Virus record (IMG/VR): IMGVR_UViG_3300007960_000132
Location: 1 to 28,275 of that record
DNA: 28,275 nt
Direction: 5' to 3' (one strand)
Origin: a virus
Taxonomy: Duplodnaviria; Caudoviricetes
Positions 1 through 8,889 of this stretch are shown here, piece after piece (the first letter of the stretch is position 1; every line of letters begins with the position of its first letter). The notes below the pieces were generated by a model. It was not told the origin of the DNA. It did not search any database and worked only from the letters and a program-made list of their open reading frames with translations. A program made the position numbers and the translations under genes.

Positions 1-3000
1 AATATCAATGGGCAAACCCATCCTGAACTGCCTTCGTATGATAAGGTTTTGAAGTTTTTTATACGTGATGGATCATCATTGTAAACAAACTGTACACTTG
101 TTATATGTTGGTTGCCATAAAAGTTACATCTAGTTTCACTATCATGAGACCATAACATACCATTTTTAAAGGTATAGTAAACGTTATTTAGTGACAGACC
201 GCCTTCCTTTAAGAACGACTTTCTACTCGTCCAACCGTTAACGTCATCATTAAACGATATTGTTTCACCGTTAAGTGTTAAGTGATAAAGATTTGAATAA
301 TCATCGAAAGACCCAATAGCTGTTGTTGCTTGATTTAGGTTTCTCTTGAAGAAATCAGACATGCCGTGTCTTGATATTTCGGTCAAACCATCTCTAGATA
401 ATCTCAACACAACGCCTCTGTTTTTATCAGTAAAGTAAGCTCTAAAACCGTATGACGCGAATGATTCTGGATTTTTAGATATTCCAAATTCACCAACGTA
501 AGGTATTGACTGACCAAGAACTCTATTAGAAGCTGTTAAGTTAGCATTACCGTCAGCATTGTACAAAGCGTCCTTATCGGCTAACACTCTGAATACCTTG
601 TCTTCACACATGACAATTAAGTCAGTGTCTCTAGCGTGAAGCTTCTGTATGGTACCGTAAACAGGATTAAAGTCCTTTGTTATATTCTCAGCCATTAAAA
701 ACTGATTGAGATTGTTAACGCCAGACGTAGAATTGTATATTCCAGAGAATATTAAACTGGATCCCTTACGCTCAACACTGTAAGGTTCTTCTAGTGTTGA
801 CGAAACTCTAGGTCCCTTATCTATGGTAACCGCGTTAAAGTCATCCCTTATTCTATTTGACTCGCAACCGTTGCCAAAACTGAAACAGTTCGACCACTGT
901 ATAGTTATATCGTTACCATGCTGAGACATTGGTATACCATCTGTTATCTCGTAGTACAGATCAATATCAACGGATTCTTTTGGCTCTGTTTCAAATATAG
1001 CTGGATTAGAAGACGATAGTATGACGTTGTCAGAATCTAGTATGTCAGCCCAATCCGTTTTCTTAGCATACATTTTAAAGTTGTAGTCAGTCCAAGAAGA
1101 CGTGTCGGCTGTTACAGCTGTGTTTAGTACTATTGTTTTTATAAGTCCCCAAGCTCCATCACCGCCGGTAATGAAAGGACCGTTATGCGTTATGTTTACT
1201 ATCTCGTAATACGTGTTAGTACTGTCTTGATCAAACTTTACAAACGTACCAACCTTGATGTTATCGAACCAATATGTTCCAACAGTTGTTCCGCTTGGTT
1301 GTGTAGATCCAGTCCAAAACAAAGAGAAGTTTGCGCTTCCCTGAATTGGTATAGAGGGATACTGTGTTCCGTAAACACCATAAGTAACCTCACCAATCCC
1401 AGGTGGAAGAAAACCGTCATCAGGATCGTCGGTTGACGTTAGGTCAATTATACTGCTAGAATTTACTCTTATATACGATGTTTGATCCTGAACCAGTGGG
1501 TTGATAATATACTCGTCGAAAGAAGGGTCTCTGTTTATCTTAACAAAAAACTTTCCTTGGTACTCTTTCTTGTATACGTTTTCATATTTGTACACCTGCA
1601 CGTTTATAGTGGCACCAGAAGCTAGAGAGCTCATCCAAGAATCTTCAGATCCAAGACCATCTTTAAGTACTATGCTGTACCTGGTTGTAGTGTCTCCAGA
1701 GAAACCGCCTTCTCTTATCTCGTAAAAATCAGACACGTTAGACGTTCCATTAACCGTGTTCCAGAATCTGACAACACACGTGCTATCCCAAACTTCAAAA
1801 AACTTTGGATCTTGTATCTGTGTCGGTCCATTGACTAATAAGTTTTTACCACCAACGGCCAAGCCAGATTGAGCCATGGTGCACTTATACGCGGTTTGAA
1901 ACGTTCTTACTCTAACAACGTCGTCTGGAGCATTGTTACTTATGTCCAGAACGCGATATCTAGCATCTTCAACAACCGCAACGCTGGTGTCATGCTCTTT
2001 CTTCAAGATCATGTAATCGCCAGTTTGTAGCTTGTTTCTCTCTGCACTTGGAAAAGACAACCAAACGTTTCCGTCGTCAGCTTTATAAAATCTATCTAAA
2101 GCTAGGTTGTAGTATTCGTTTGATGTTTCTTTAACTAAGTATTTGAAATATGATGCAAAGTCTGGAGCTTGTGTCGTTACTCTAGCTTTTAATTTCACAA
2201 CCTTTTCTGAGTTGCTTTTAGGTGAAACAACACTTCCTCCATTGCTTGAAAACACGGGTGTTTCTCTTCCATATTCATCTCCATAAAGCACACCAATCTG
2301 GTATGTCCTCATTGATTTTATGGATTTCAGTGGATTTTCTACAGAACTATGTGTATTGACATCTAGTGACGCGCTTACGATCGGTTGAATACTATTACTA
2401 CCGCTCTTCATACTTAAGTTCTGCTCGTAGTTTCCATATACAACTCTATTGCCTATCACCTCTTGTGATTTGGCTTTTATTGGCACGTTATCCCATGGTC
2501 TTAGAGATTGGTTGGAAGGTACTACGTTACCTATCAATTCCGATGTAATCGTGTAACCAGATTGAACAACAGGTATTGAATCAACCTTATAGACAACAGT
2601 ACTATTAGACTCTTTGTATAATATATCTACTTCCACCACCTCTTCAGATGGGGTCTGTAGTGAATTGATATTTAGGTAGCGAATGTTATTCGTCATACCT
2701 ATATTGTGCGACCTAGAAGAGTTGTATTTAAACGAATCAGCAACAAATGCTACTTCTGACCACGGCGCGAATGTGGAATATTCACCATCCGCATATTTCC
2801 ATCTATACGAGAACCTTGGAAACTTGAACTCGAACATAGGAGGGTCTTCCTCTAGCACGGATGTCCACTCATAAGCGTAGTCTTGAATGCTACTCGATAT
2901 AGTTACGATAGTTGCATTAACCTCGTAAGGTGTCACTGTGGCGTCAACAGTGTTAACCTGCAACCTAACCTGATACTCGTCAATGAAGTTATTGTCATTG

Positions 3001-3767
3001 AGTTTACTAGCCGTCAGTGATATTATATCGCCATTAAACCAGTTTGGCAACTCATCGTATTGTAGCGTAACGCTAGTACCAACTTCTTTTACTAAGAAAT
3101 ACGCTGATACTGGATCCGTAAAGTCAAATGTCGTCTTAATCTTATTTATACCACAACCTATACCGGTTCCACCAGTAGAGGTTCTAACAGTAGAACTCAT
3201 CAATAGCGATGGAGCTACAGTTGGTGCTTTCTTTATGACTGCGACGTCGGCAGCTGTGAAAGGCCTAGTGTAAACAACCGTGTGTGTATCAAAGTCTATA
3301 CTACCGGACTTAAATGTGTCTATATTTATCTTTCTAGGATCGTTTAAATCATCTGTCCAAAGAAGAAGATTGTCTATGACGTTAACACCAGTTATAAGAA
3401 ATTTATCATCGAAATTAAGCACGTTGTTTTTGTCTACCACAACCGGCTTAACTAAATCTAGCGATTGATCATATTCAGCTATAGCGTGGACAGTGCCGTT
3501 CGTTAAAAACCAGTATATCTTATCGGTACTATCTACCTTTATTTGACCTATGCAAACAGCATCACGCACAAAAGCCCAATCACCAGACGAGTCTTTTCTG
3601 TTTCTAAGCTGATTACCCAGTACATTTTCTATAGCGCCGACATTGTTGTCTTCTGACGCTGCAACCTGCACGTTAAGCGCATCTGTGTACTCGCCATTTG
3701 GCACAAGTCTTTCGTCCAGATCCTTGTTCATCTTTCCAGACGTAAAGACGCGTTTCATTTCTGGCAT
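1..3767 (-). CDS. Large tail protein, probable muzzle/stabilisation protein (crAss-like muzzle / P22 gp10-type); 3' end lies outside the window (>=1255 aa)
   Basis: Not in the ORF track because it has no stop inside the window. ATG at 3767 gives MPEMKRVFTSGKMNKDLDERLVPNGEYTDALNVQVAASEDNNVGAIENVLGN. The same frame at the left edge reads KNFKTLSYEGSSGWVCPLI. It directly follows the two ring-like genes. I did not check every codon in between. Confidence 0.75.
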   Translation of the reverse strand, partial: MPEMKRVFTSGKMNKDLDERLVPNGEYTDALNVQVAASEDNNVGAIENVLGNQLRNRKDSSGDWAFVRDAVCIGQIKVDSTDKIYWFLTNGTVHAIAEYDQSLDLVKPVVVDKNNVLNFDDKFLITGVNVIDNLLLWTDDLNDPRKINIDTFKSGSIDFDTHTVVYTRPFTAADVAVIKKAPTVAPSLLMSSTVRTSTGGTGIGCGINKIKTTFDFTDPVSAYFLVKEVGTSVTLQYDELPNWFNGDIISLTASKLNDNNFIDEYQVRLQVNTVDATVTPYEVNATIVTISSSIQDYAYEWTSVLEEDPPMFEFKFPRFSYRWKYADGEYSTFAPWSEVAFVADSFKYNSSRSHNIGMTNNIRYLNINSLQTPSEEVVEVDILYKESNSTVVYKVDSIPVVQSGYTITSELIGNVVPSNQSLRPWDNVPIKAKSQEVIGNRVVYGNYEQNLSMKSGSNSIQPIVSASLDVNTHSSVENPLKSIKSMRTYQIGVLYGDEYGRETPVFSSNGGSVVSPKSNSEKVVKLKARVTTQAPDFASYFKYLVKETSNEYYNLALDRFYKADDGNVWLSFPSAERNKLQTGDYMILKKEHDTSVAVVEDARYRVLDISNNAPDDVVRVRTFQTAYKCTMAQSGLAVGGKNLLVNGPTQIQDPKFFEVWDSTCVVRFWNTVNGTSNVSDFYEIREGGFSGDTTTRYSIVLKDGLGSEDSWMSSLASGATINVQVYKYENVYKKEYQGKFFVKINRDPSFDEYIINPLVQDQTSYIRVNSSSIIDLTSTDDPDDGFLPPGIGEVTYGVYGTQYPSIPIQGSANFSLFWTGSTQPSGTTVGTYWFDNIKVGTFVKFDQDSTNTYYEIVNITHNGPFITGGDGAWGLIKTIVLNTAVTADTSSWTDYNFKMYAKKTDWADILDSDNVILSSSNPAIFETEPKESVDIDLYYEITDGIPMSQHGNDITIQWSNCFSFGNGCESNRIRDDFNAVTIDKGPRVSSTLEEPYSVERKGSSLIFSGIYNSTSGVNNLNQFLMAENITKDFNPVYGTIQKLHARDTDLIVMCEDKVFRVLADKDALYNADGNANLTASNRVLGQSIPYVGEFGISKNPESFASYGFRAYFTDKNRGVVLRLSRDGLTEISRHGMSDFFKRNLNQATTAIGSFDDYSNLYHLTLNGETISFNDDVNGWTSRKSFLKEGGLSLNNVYYTFKNGMLWSHDSETRCNFYGNQHITSVQFVYNDDPSRIKNFKTLSYEGSSGWVCPLI

Positions 3768-3770
3768 ATC

Positions 3771-4652
3771 TTAGTGTTTTATGTGCTTTGATTTACCTCT
3801 AAGTACTTGAGAGATTTCTTCAAGCTTAATATTTGACAACCTCAACTTAGCTTGCCTTGCGGCGGCGAACTTCTCTTTTTTATATCTGGCCACTATATAC
3901 TCAGGCATATTTGACCTTGTTGAGATTATAGCGTGAGCTATATGCTTATATATGGCTTCTTCAGCAAATTTATGTACTAGCATCTCACCGTCTAGAGCGA
4001 CGCCGTCGCTTATGTACTTTATAGTAACTATTCTACCAGCCATATCAGAACTAAAATACACGGTTGACTTAACTGGGTCTATAAAGAACGTGCCGTTATC
4101 TTGCGCATATTGTGGATCTAAACCGTATCTCTGGCCATAAGCTAGGTTGAACGCGCTATCGTGATCCTCTGATGTAACGGAGTTGTTAGAAGCGTTCCCT
4201 GGACCGTTAGAGCTGTATCTATCCCACGTATTAGAGTCTTGAGCATACAACAAGTTGTCTCCATTGTACAAGTACTTGTAATTACTGTCTTGAAGTATAG
4301 CTTTTGGATTCGAGGTTTTTGCTGCTGGATATATAACATGCTCAACACCGTTTGAGTCTGTCCACGTGAACTTAACGTAATTGACATAATCATGCGGTAG
4401 TGGCATGGTCAACGCTGGACTTATTTCTATCTCCTGGGTTTTCTCAGATCTCAGCGTATCATAACTAAGTTCTTGCATTGCTCTCTGAGCGTGGAATGCA
4501 ACATCAGTTCTCTTTATCTTAGATATCGTCTTTCCTTCACCGACGTAGGCTATAATAAAGTTGTTTACCAGATCATCCATAGAGATGAACTGATACCCAC
4601 CGAAATCTCCGTTTTCGTAGTAGTCTTTTTCTGTGTAATTCTGTAAACCCAT
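3771..4652 (-). CDS. Virion structural protein, probable tail ring/adaptor protein (293 aa)
   Basis: ORF track. Position between the capsid and the large tail gene. The helix-beta-helix layout (AQRAMQELSYD...LPHDYVNYVK...IKYISDG...EEAIYKHIA) resembles tail tubular/ring proteins. Confidence 0.6.
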   Translation of the reverse strand: MGLQNYTEKDYYENGDFGGYQFISMDDLVNNFIIAYVGEGKTISKIKRTDVAFHAQRAMQELSYDTLRSEKTQEIEISPALTMPLPHDYVNYVKFTWTDSNGVEHVIYPAAKTSNPKAILQDSNYKYLYNGDNLLYAQDSNTWDRYSSNGPGNASNNSVTSEDHDSAFNLAYGQRYGLDPQYAQDNGTFFIDPVKSTVYFSSDMAGRIVTIKYISDGVALDGEMLVHKFAEEAIYKHIAHAIISTRSNMPEYIVARYKKEKFAAARQAKLRLSNIKLEEISQVLRGKSKHIKH

Positions 4653-4655
4653 TTA

Positions 4656-5354
4656 TCAAGCTTTTTCTTCGGCTGTGTCTCTTTGTTCTTCGGCGACGGC
4701 TATCTGGTAAACCTGAGGATCTTTCAATATCAAGCCACATAGGGCAAGTATATTTATAACCAAGTCGGTTTCTTCAGAAGGATGTACCTCGAAATCAACA
4801 CTTCCAGTTGCGGTATATTGAGGATAACCAAGTACGTCTGTGTAGTTCCAAATAACTTTAGCTGGTTTTTTTATGTAGTTTAATCTAACGTCGCCAGTCG
4901 TAACATATTCGGTATTACCATACACTCTCAAGCCGCTTTCGTCTCTAACGTATATTGGTCTAGTATTTTTCGGTTTGGTTAGGGGAGATAAATTGTAGTA
5001 AAGAAACTCGTTCTTAGCTACTTTCTCAGCTTCAATATTAGAAGCATCAATTATAACCGTACCTAGTCTATATAAATCACCCGGAATTTGATAAGCATTA
5101 TTACTATAAGTCAAATTTGTCTCTTTTTCAAACACACTTATCTTTTCGTTTAGATTGTCAAGCATATCTGAATACTCAGTGTCATTACCGTGCATCCGAC
5201 CAAACTGGTTGATGTCATAAAAATATTGTTCGAACAAATCAAGCTGAACCTGATTAGCGAACAAGTTAAATTCTTCTGGGGTTACATATCCTCTCTGCTC
5301 TTTATTGAGGATAGCTAATACCCGTTGATATACAGTATCTACACTAACGGCCAT
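4656..5354 (-). CDS. Virion structural protein, probable tail ring/head-tail adaptor protein (232 aa)
   Basis: ORF track. N-terminal LNKEQRGYVTPEEFNLFANQVQLDLF and later YIKKP resemble crAss-like ring proteins. Synteny downstream of the major capsid gene. Confidence 0.6.
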   Translation of the reverse strand: MAVSVDTVYQRVLAILNKEQRGYVTPEEFNLFANQVQLDLFEQYFYDINQFGRMHGNDTEYSDMLDNLNEKISVFEKETNLTYSNNAYQIPGDLYRLGTVIIDASNIEAEKVAKNEFLYYNLSPLTKPKNTRPIYVRDESGLRVYGNTEYVTTGDVRLNYIKKPAKVIWNYTDVLGYPQYTATGSVDFEVHPSEETDLVINILALCGLILKDPQVYQIAVAEEQRDTAEEKA

Positions 5355-5373
5355 AATGATTTGTTTTAAAGGT

Positions 5374-5402
5374 AAAAAGGGCCACCGTATGGTGACCCTT
5401 TT
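5374..5402 (-). terminator. Intrinsic terminator hairpin, possibly bidirectional
   Basis: Minus strand reads AAAAGGGTCACC-ATAC-GGTGGCCCTTTTT: GC-rich stem with one G-U pair followed by a U tract, 12 nt after the stop codon at 5414. Confidence 0.8.
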
Positions 5403-5413
5403 CCCTACGGTGA

Positions 5414-6175
5414 TTACTTGAGTCTTTTCTCAATATTTTGATAGATCTCTACACCTTCATCTGTTTTAAAGAAAGCAGCTAATGCTGAGTATGGGTTTTC
5501 ATCGAACGGAACGGTCATAACCTTTCTTCCGTTGCTTGCCCACTGGAATGTACGTTGATCTTCCGCTAGTTTGAGTATGTTAGCTTCAACCGCTTTAATA
5601 CCAAAGTTTCTGATCTGTACGTTTTCATCTTTCGCTAATGATATAAACGTGTTTGGTTGTCTTCGAGCGAATATCAATAGATCACGCTTGATTTCCTTAG
5701 ACGTCATGTCCTTAACTTTAGATCCAAACTCAACTCGTAAAATTGCTTCTGCAGAATCAACATCCATCGCGTTAGCGAGGTTGAGTGCTTCGAGTTCTAG
5801 TTCTATCACATCCAATTCGTCAACAGCTTCTTTTACAGCATCGAATTCCTCGTATGCCCTACCTCTTAGTGGGTGGTATAAAGAAAGAAGCTTTTGCAAC
5901 GCTTGTTTGTTTCTTGGTACGAACAAAGTTCCATCTCTAAATACGATGTGCTCCAGCGTGACGTTCCCGTTTTGTTCATCAACAAACACGGATTGCTGGT
6001 TAGTAGCATATCTAAGTTCTCTTTCGTAACCAAGTGCTTCATCAAAGTACAACAGAGGTCTTTTCTCTGAGTGCCTAGATGGTACCGTCATGATGATCGG
6101 TTTTTTTCTTGAAATCAAGTAGTATACTCGATCTTTAATTTCCCAACCTTGATCGATTGTTTCTTTTTTTGCCAT
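5414..6175 (-). CDS. Hypothetical phage protein following the major capsid gene (253 aa)
   Basis: The ORF track starts at 6238, but that extension runs through a terminator hairpin. ATG at 6175 (MAKKETIDQGW) after an AT-rich leader is more plausible. Confidence 0.75.
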   Translation of the reverse strand: MAKKETIDQGWEIKDRVYYLISRKKPIIMTVPSRHSEKRPLLYFDEALGYERELRYATNQQSVFVDEQNGNVTLEHIVFRDGTLFVPRNKQALQKLLSLYHPLRGRAYEEFDAVKEAVDELDVIELELEALNLANAMDVDSAEAILRVEFGSKVKDMTSKEIKRDLLIFARRQPNTFISLAKDENVQIRNFGIKAVEANILKLAEDQRTFQWASNGRKVMTVPFDENPYSALAAFFKTDEGVEIYQNIEKRLK

Positions 6176-6197
6176 GATAAAATAATATATGAAAATT

Positions 6198-6235
6198 AAA
6201 AAGTAGTAAGTAAGGCCCCCGGCGAACCGGGGACC
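6198..6235 (-). terminator. Intrinsic terminator-like hairpin downstream of the major capsid gene
   Basis: Minus strand reads GGTCCCCGG-TTCG-CCGGGGGCC (9-bp stem with one G-U pair, UUCG loop; 6214-6235) followed by the interrupted U-rich tail TTACTTACTACTTTTT. Confidence 0.75.
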
Positions 6236-6257
6236 CAACTACTATAGGATGCTGTTG

Positions 6258-7670
6258 TTAGGCAGCGGTATCCTTGAACAAGATGAAGTTGTTAGCACCT
6301 TGAACACACAAACAGCGCTCAGAAAGCATGTGTACGTTCATCTCGTCGATGTCGCTAGTGTAGTTACCACCGACAGAACCAGTGATCCAAGACTTCATGC
6401 GACGATCATCTGCCTCAGAAGCGCGGTAACGCACGTGCAAGAACGGACGTTGGATGTTCTTACCAAGGGTTTGATCGTAAACAGTAGAAACACCAGCAGG
6501 AACCAATACACCATCGATGTCAGCGGTAAGACCGCGAGTCGCAGCGTCGTTCAAGTATTTCCAGTCAGTTTTGTAGAAGTCGTAAGAACCACGACGGAAT
6601 CCAGAGAAACCAAGGTTCAACGCCATATCAGCAGAGTTGTTGAATACTCCGTAAGAAGTACCACCAGCACCGTAAGAGTTAGCGCGAGCCAACATGTTAT
6701 CGATAGCCAAAGAAGTACCGCGATCCAAGAACAACATGTTCTCTTCGATAGCTCCCTGCTTGTCAAGCTCTTTCAAGATAAGATCGAACTCACCAAGACC
6801 AGTAAGACCAGTAGCGTTGTTAAAGTCGTGATCGTTGAATACCAAACCGCGAGATTCGATAGCAGCGAACAAACCTTCAGTACCACGTACGTCAGCACCA
6901 GAAGCGTCAGAGATTGATACAGCAGCTTTTTCAGCTTCAACCATGGTCATTTCCAAGTAGTCCTCGAAACGAACGCGAGTCTCGTGCTCAGACTTCAGGT
7001 ACCACAAGTAACCAGAAGTACCCATTTCAGAGGTAACCTCAACCCAACCGATCTGAGCAGTGTCAGAACCGTTGATAGAGTACTTGTCCTTGATGATGAT
7101 AGGAGAGTTGCTGAACTTCTGGAAACCAGCGTCGATAGACCCTTGCATACCAGCAGCACCTTTACCGAACTCAGAACCGAAAACGAATACTTTCAACTTA
7201 GGGTTGGTAGCAGCTACGAAAGAGCTAGGCCAAGTTGCAGCATCGTAAGGGTAAGCTTCGATAGAGTTAGCAGAAACACTCTTAACAAAAGCACGAACGG
7301 TGTCGTAACCGAAAGCAACTACGATAGTTTGGTTAGCGCGGATAGCGTGACCAGTGATATTGATCGTGTTGTCAGTGTTGTCGTTAGCAGTAGCGATAAC
7401 AGCGTCATCGTAAGCAACGTGTAGACGACCTTGTTCAGTCCATACAACTTCGTCAGAAGCCATAGGCATTTCAGCGCCGACCATACGCAAGAAAGAAGAT
7501 ACAGTACGGTTTCCGTAACGCTCTACTTCTTTTTCATAAACTTCTGGCAAAAATTGCTTTGCGAAGTTGAAATCATTGTTGCCAATTGAAAGGTAGTTAC
7601 CATCAAAAAGCGTTTTCGTGGGAGAAGGAGTCAATCCAGCAGGATATGCTCCACCAGTAGCAAAACTCAT
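6258..7670 (-). CDS. Major capsid protein (470 aa)
   Basis: Size, position after portal and scaffold, strongly biased codon usage and a following terminator. Motifs VVWTEQGRLH, GSEFGKG, GTEGLFAAI and GFSGFRRGSYDFYK resemble crAss-like-related capsid proteins. Confidence 0.85.
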   Translation of the reverse strand: MSFATGGAYPAGLTPSPTKTLFDGNYLSIGNNDFNFAKQFLPEVYEKEVERYGNRTVSSFLRMVGAEMPMASDEVVWTEQGRLHVAYDDAVIATANDNTDNTINITGHAIRANQTIVVAFGYDTVRAFVKSVSANSIEAYPYDAATWPSSFVAATNPKLKVFVFGSEFGKGAAGMQGSIDAGFQKFSNSPIIIKDKYSINGSDTAQIGWVEVTSEMGTSGYLWYLKSEHETRVRFEDYLEMTMVEAEKAAVSISDASGADVRGTEGLFAAIESRGLVFNDHDFNNATGLTGLGEFDLILKELDKQGAIEENMLFLDRGTSLAIDNMLARANSYGAGGTSYGVFNNSADMALNLGFSGFRRGSYDFYKTDWKYLNDAATRGLTADIDGVLVPAGVSTVYDQTLGKNIQRPFLHVRYRASEADDRRMKSWITGSVGGNYTSDIDEMNVHMLSERCLCVQGANNFILFKDTAA

Positions 7671-7699
7671 GTTCTATATTTTTTTAGAGTTGTTAGTAC

Positions 7700-8854
7700 T
7701 TATTTAAACTTAACTCGAAGCTTTGAACCACTATCACCGCTAACTGCGCGAACCTTTATGCCTCCAGCGTTGGCAACACCCTCGTGTTGACCTCTAGGCT
7801 GCATATCAACGTTCTTAGATCTGGAGATACTATCTTTCATAGCATCAGCCTTACCTTGCTCATAGAAGTGATTAGCTATAGCATCAGCGTTCATTGCGGT
7901 GAAAAGTGCTTTATGATACCCCTTCGCGTCACCAATAGTATTATCGTTGTTGAGAAACTTTCTCACAAAATTATTGATATCGGATTGAGTGTCTTTGACT
8001 TCAGCCGCGTTCTTCACATTAAACCTATAACGCTTGTCCCCAACGCTGTATTCAAAACCTTTGAACTCACTGTTGAAAACCTGGTTTGTCTTTTCGACGA
8101 ATAGGCTTTGCTGTTGCTTGAACGTTTCCTGTTGCTGTTCTTGCTCCTTGTTGTAACGGTTAAAGAATTCAACTGCTTTCTGCTGATCGGGAGTCAATCT
8201 TGATCCAGACTTAATCTCGTTGTAGTATTGATCCTTCATCGAGTTAAGATACTTTTTCGCGCTTGACAGCTCTTCTTTATATTTCAGTTTCTTTCTTTTA
8301 ACTTCTCTTTCATCGTCGAGTTCTTCATCGTAGGAGAAATTATCCGACAATAAGAAATCGATCTCTTCACTATCGAGATGTGGCTTTGTTTGAGCGTAGT
8401 ACTCTTTCAAAAGCTGAACCTCATCTAGTGAGGATACATCTTGATTTAATCTAACGTAGTCTTCCAGTGAACCGCCAGTTTCATTCATGAACTTAACTAG
8501 CTTTTCGATACCCTCTGGTAACTCTACTTTATTATCTTCAACCGGTTGTTCTGATTGCTTGTCTTCTACGACATACTCTTCTTTGTGTTCAACCGCTTGT
8601 TCTTCTTCACCAACTACTTCTTCGAGCACCCGTACTTCTTCAGCGGGCTCTCCGTCATCTTGTACGGACTCTTCGACATCTTTGCTGGACTCCACTTCAT
8701 CGGGCTGCTGTGCTTGCTGCACATTTTCATCGGACTGCAACCGCAGCTCTTCACCGCTGTTTTCATCTTCGGCTTCCTGTTTAAAGTTTCTTAAATCAAC
8801 TCTGATGACACCGTCATCTTGTTGCTCTTGTGTGATATTGTTTTCTTCACTCAT
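7700..8854 (-). CDS. Probable capsid scaffolding protein (384 aa)
   Basis: Highly acidic disordered N-terminus, coiled-coil middle and basic C-terminal tip. Lies between the portal and major capsid genes. Confidence 0.65.
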   Translation of the reverse strand: MSEENNITQEQQDDGVIRVDLRNFKQEAEDENSGEELRLQSDENVQQAQQPDEVESSKDVEESVQDDGEPAEEVRVLEEVVGEEEQAVEHKEEYVVEDKQSEQPVEDNKVELPEGIEKLVKFMNETGGSLEDYVRLNQDVSSLDEVQLLKEYYAQTKPHLDSEEIDFLLSDNFSYDEELDDEREVKRKKLKYKEELSSAKKYLNSMKDQYYNEIKSGSRLTPDQQKAVEFFNRYNKEQEQQQETFKQQQSLFVEKTNQVFNSEFKGFEYSVGDKRYRFNVKNAAEVKDTQSDINNFVRKFLNNDNTIGDAKGYHKALFTAMNADAIANHFYEQGKADAMKDSISRSKNVDMQPRGQHEGVANAGGIKVRAVSGDSGSKLRVKFK

Positions 8855-8889
8855 AAGATAAAATATTAAAAAAATCTACAATTTATATA

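Noticed and set aside
1185-3468. Short ORFs listed in the first 3.5 kb, suggesting a gene-poor region
   Set aside because: The region is occupied by one long minus-strand gene starting at 3767 that the track missed because its stop is outside the window.
6176-6238. N-terminal hydrophobic extension (MGPRFAGGLTYYFLIFIYYFI) resembling a signal or membrane anchor
   Set aside because: It is a translation of the terminator hairpin and AT-rich leader from a TTG. The ATG at 6175 is the likelier start.
5571-7424. Long plus-strand ORFs (152, 222 and 146 aa) opposite the capsid region
   Set aside because: They are antisense shadows of strongly codon-biased genes, with no recognisable motifs and an orientation opposite to the whole operon.
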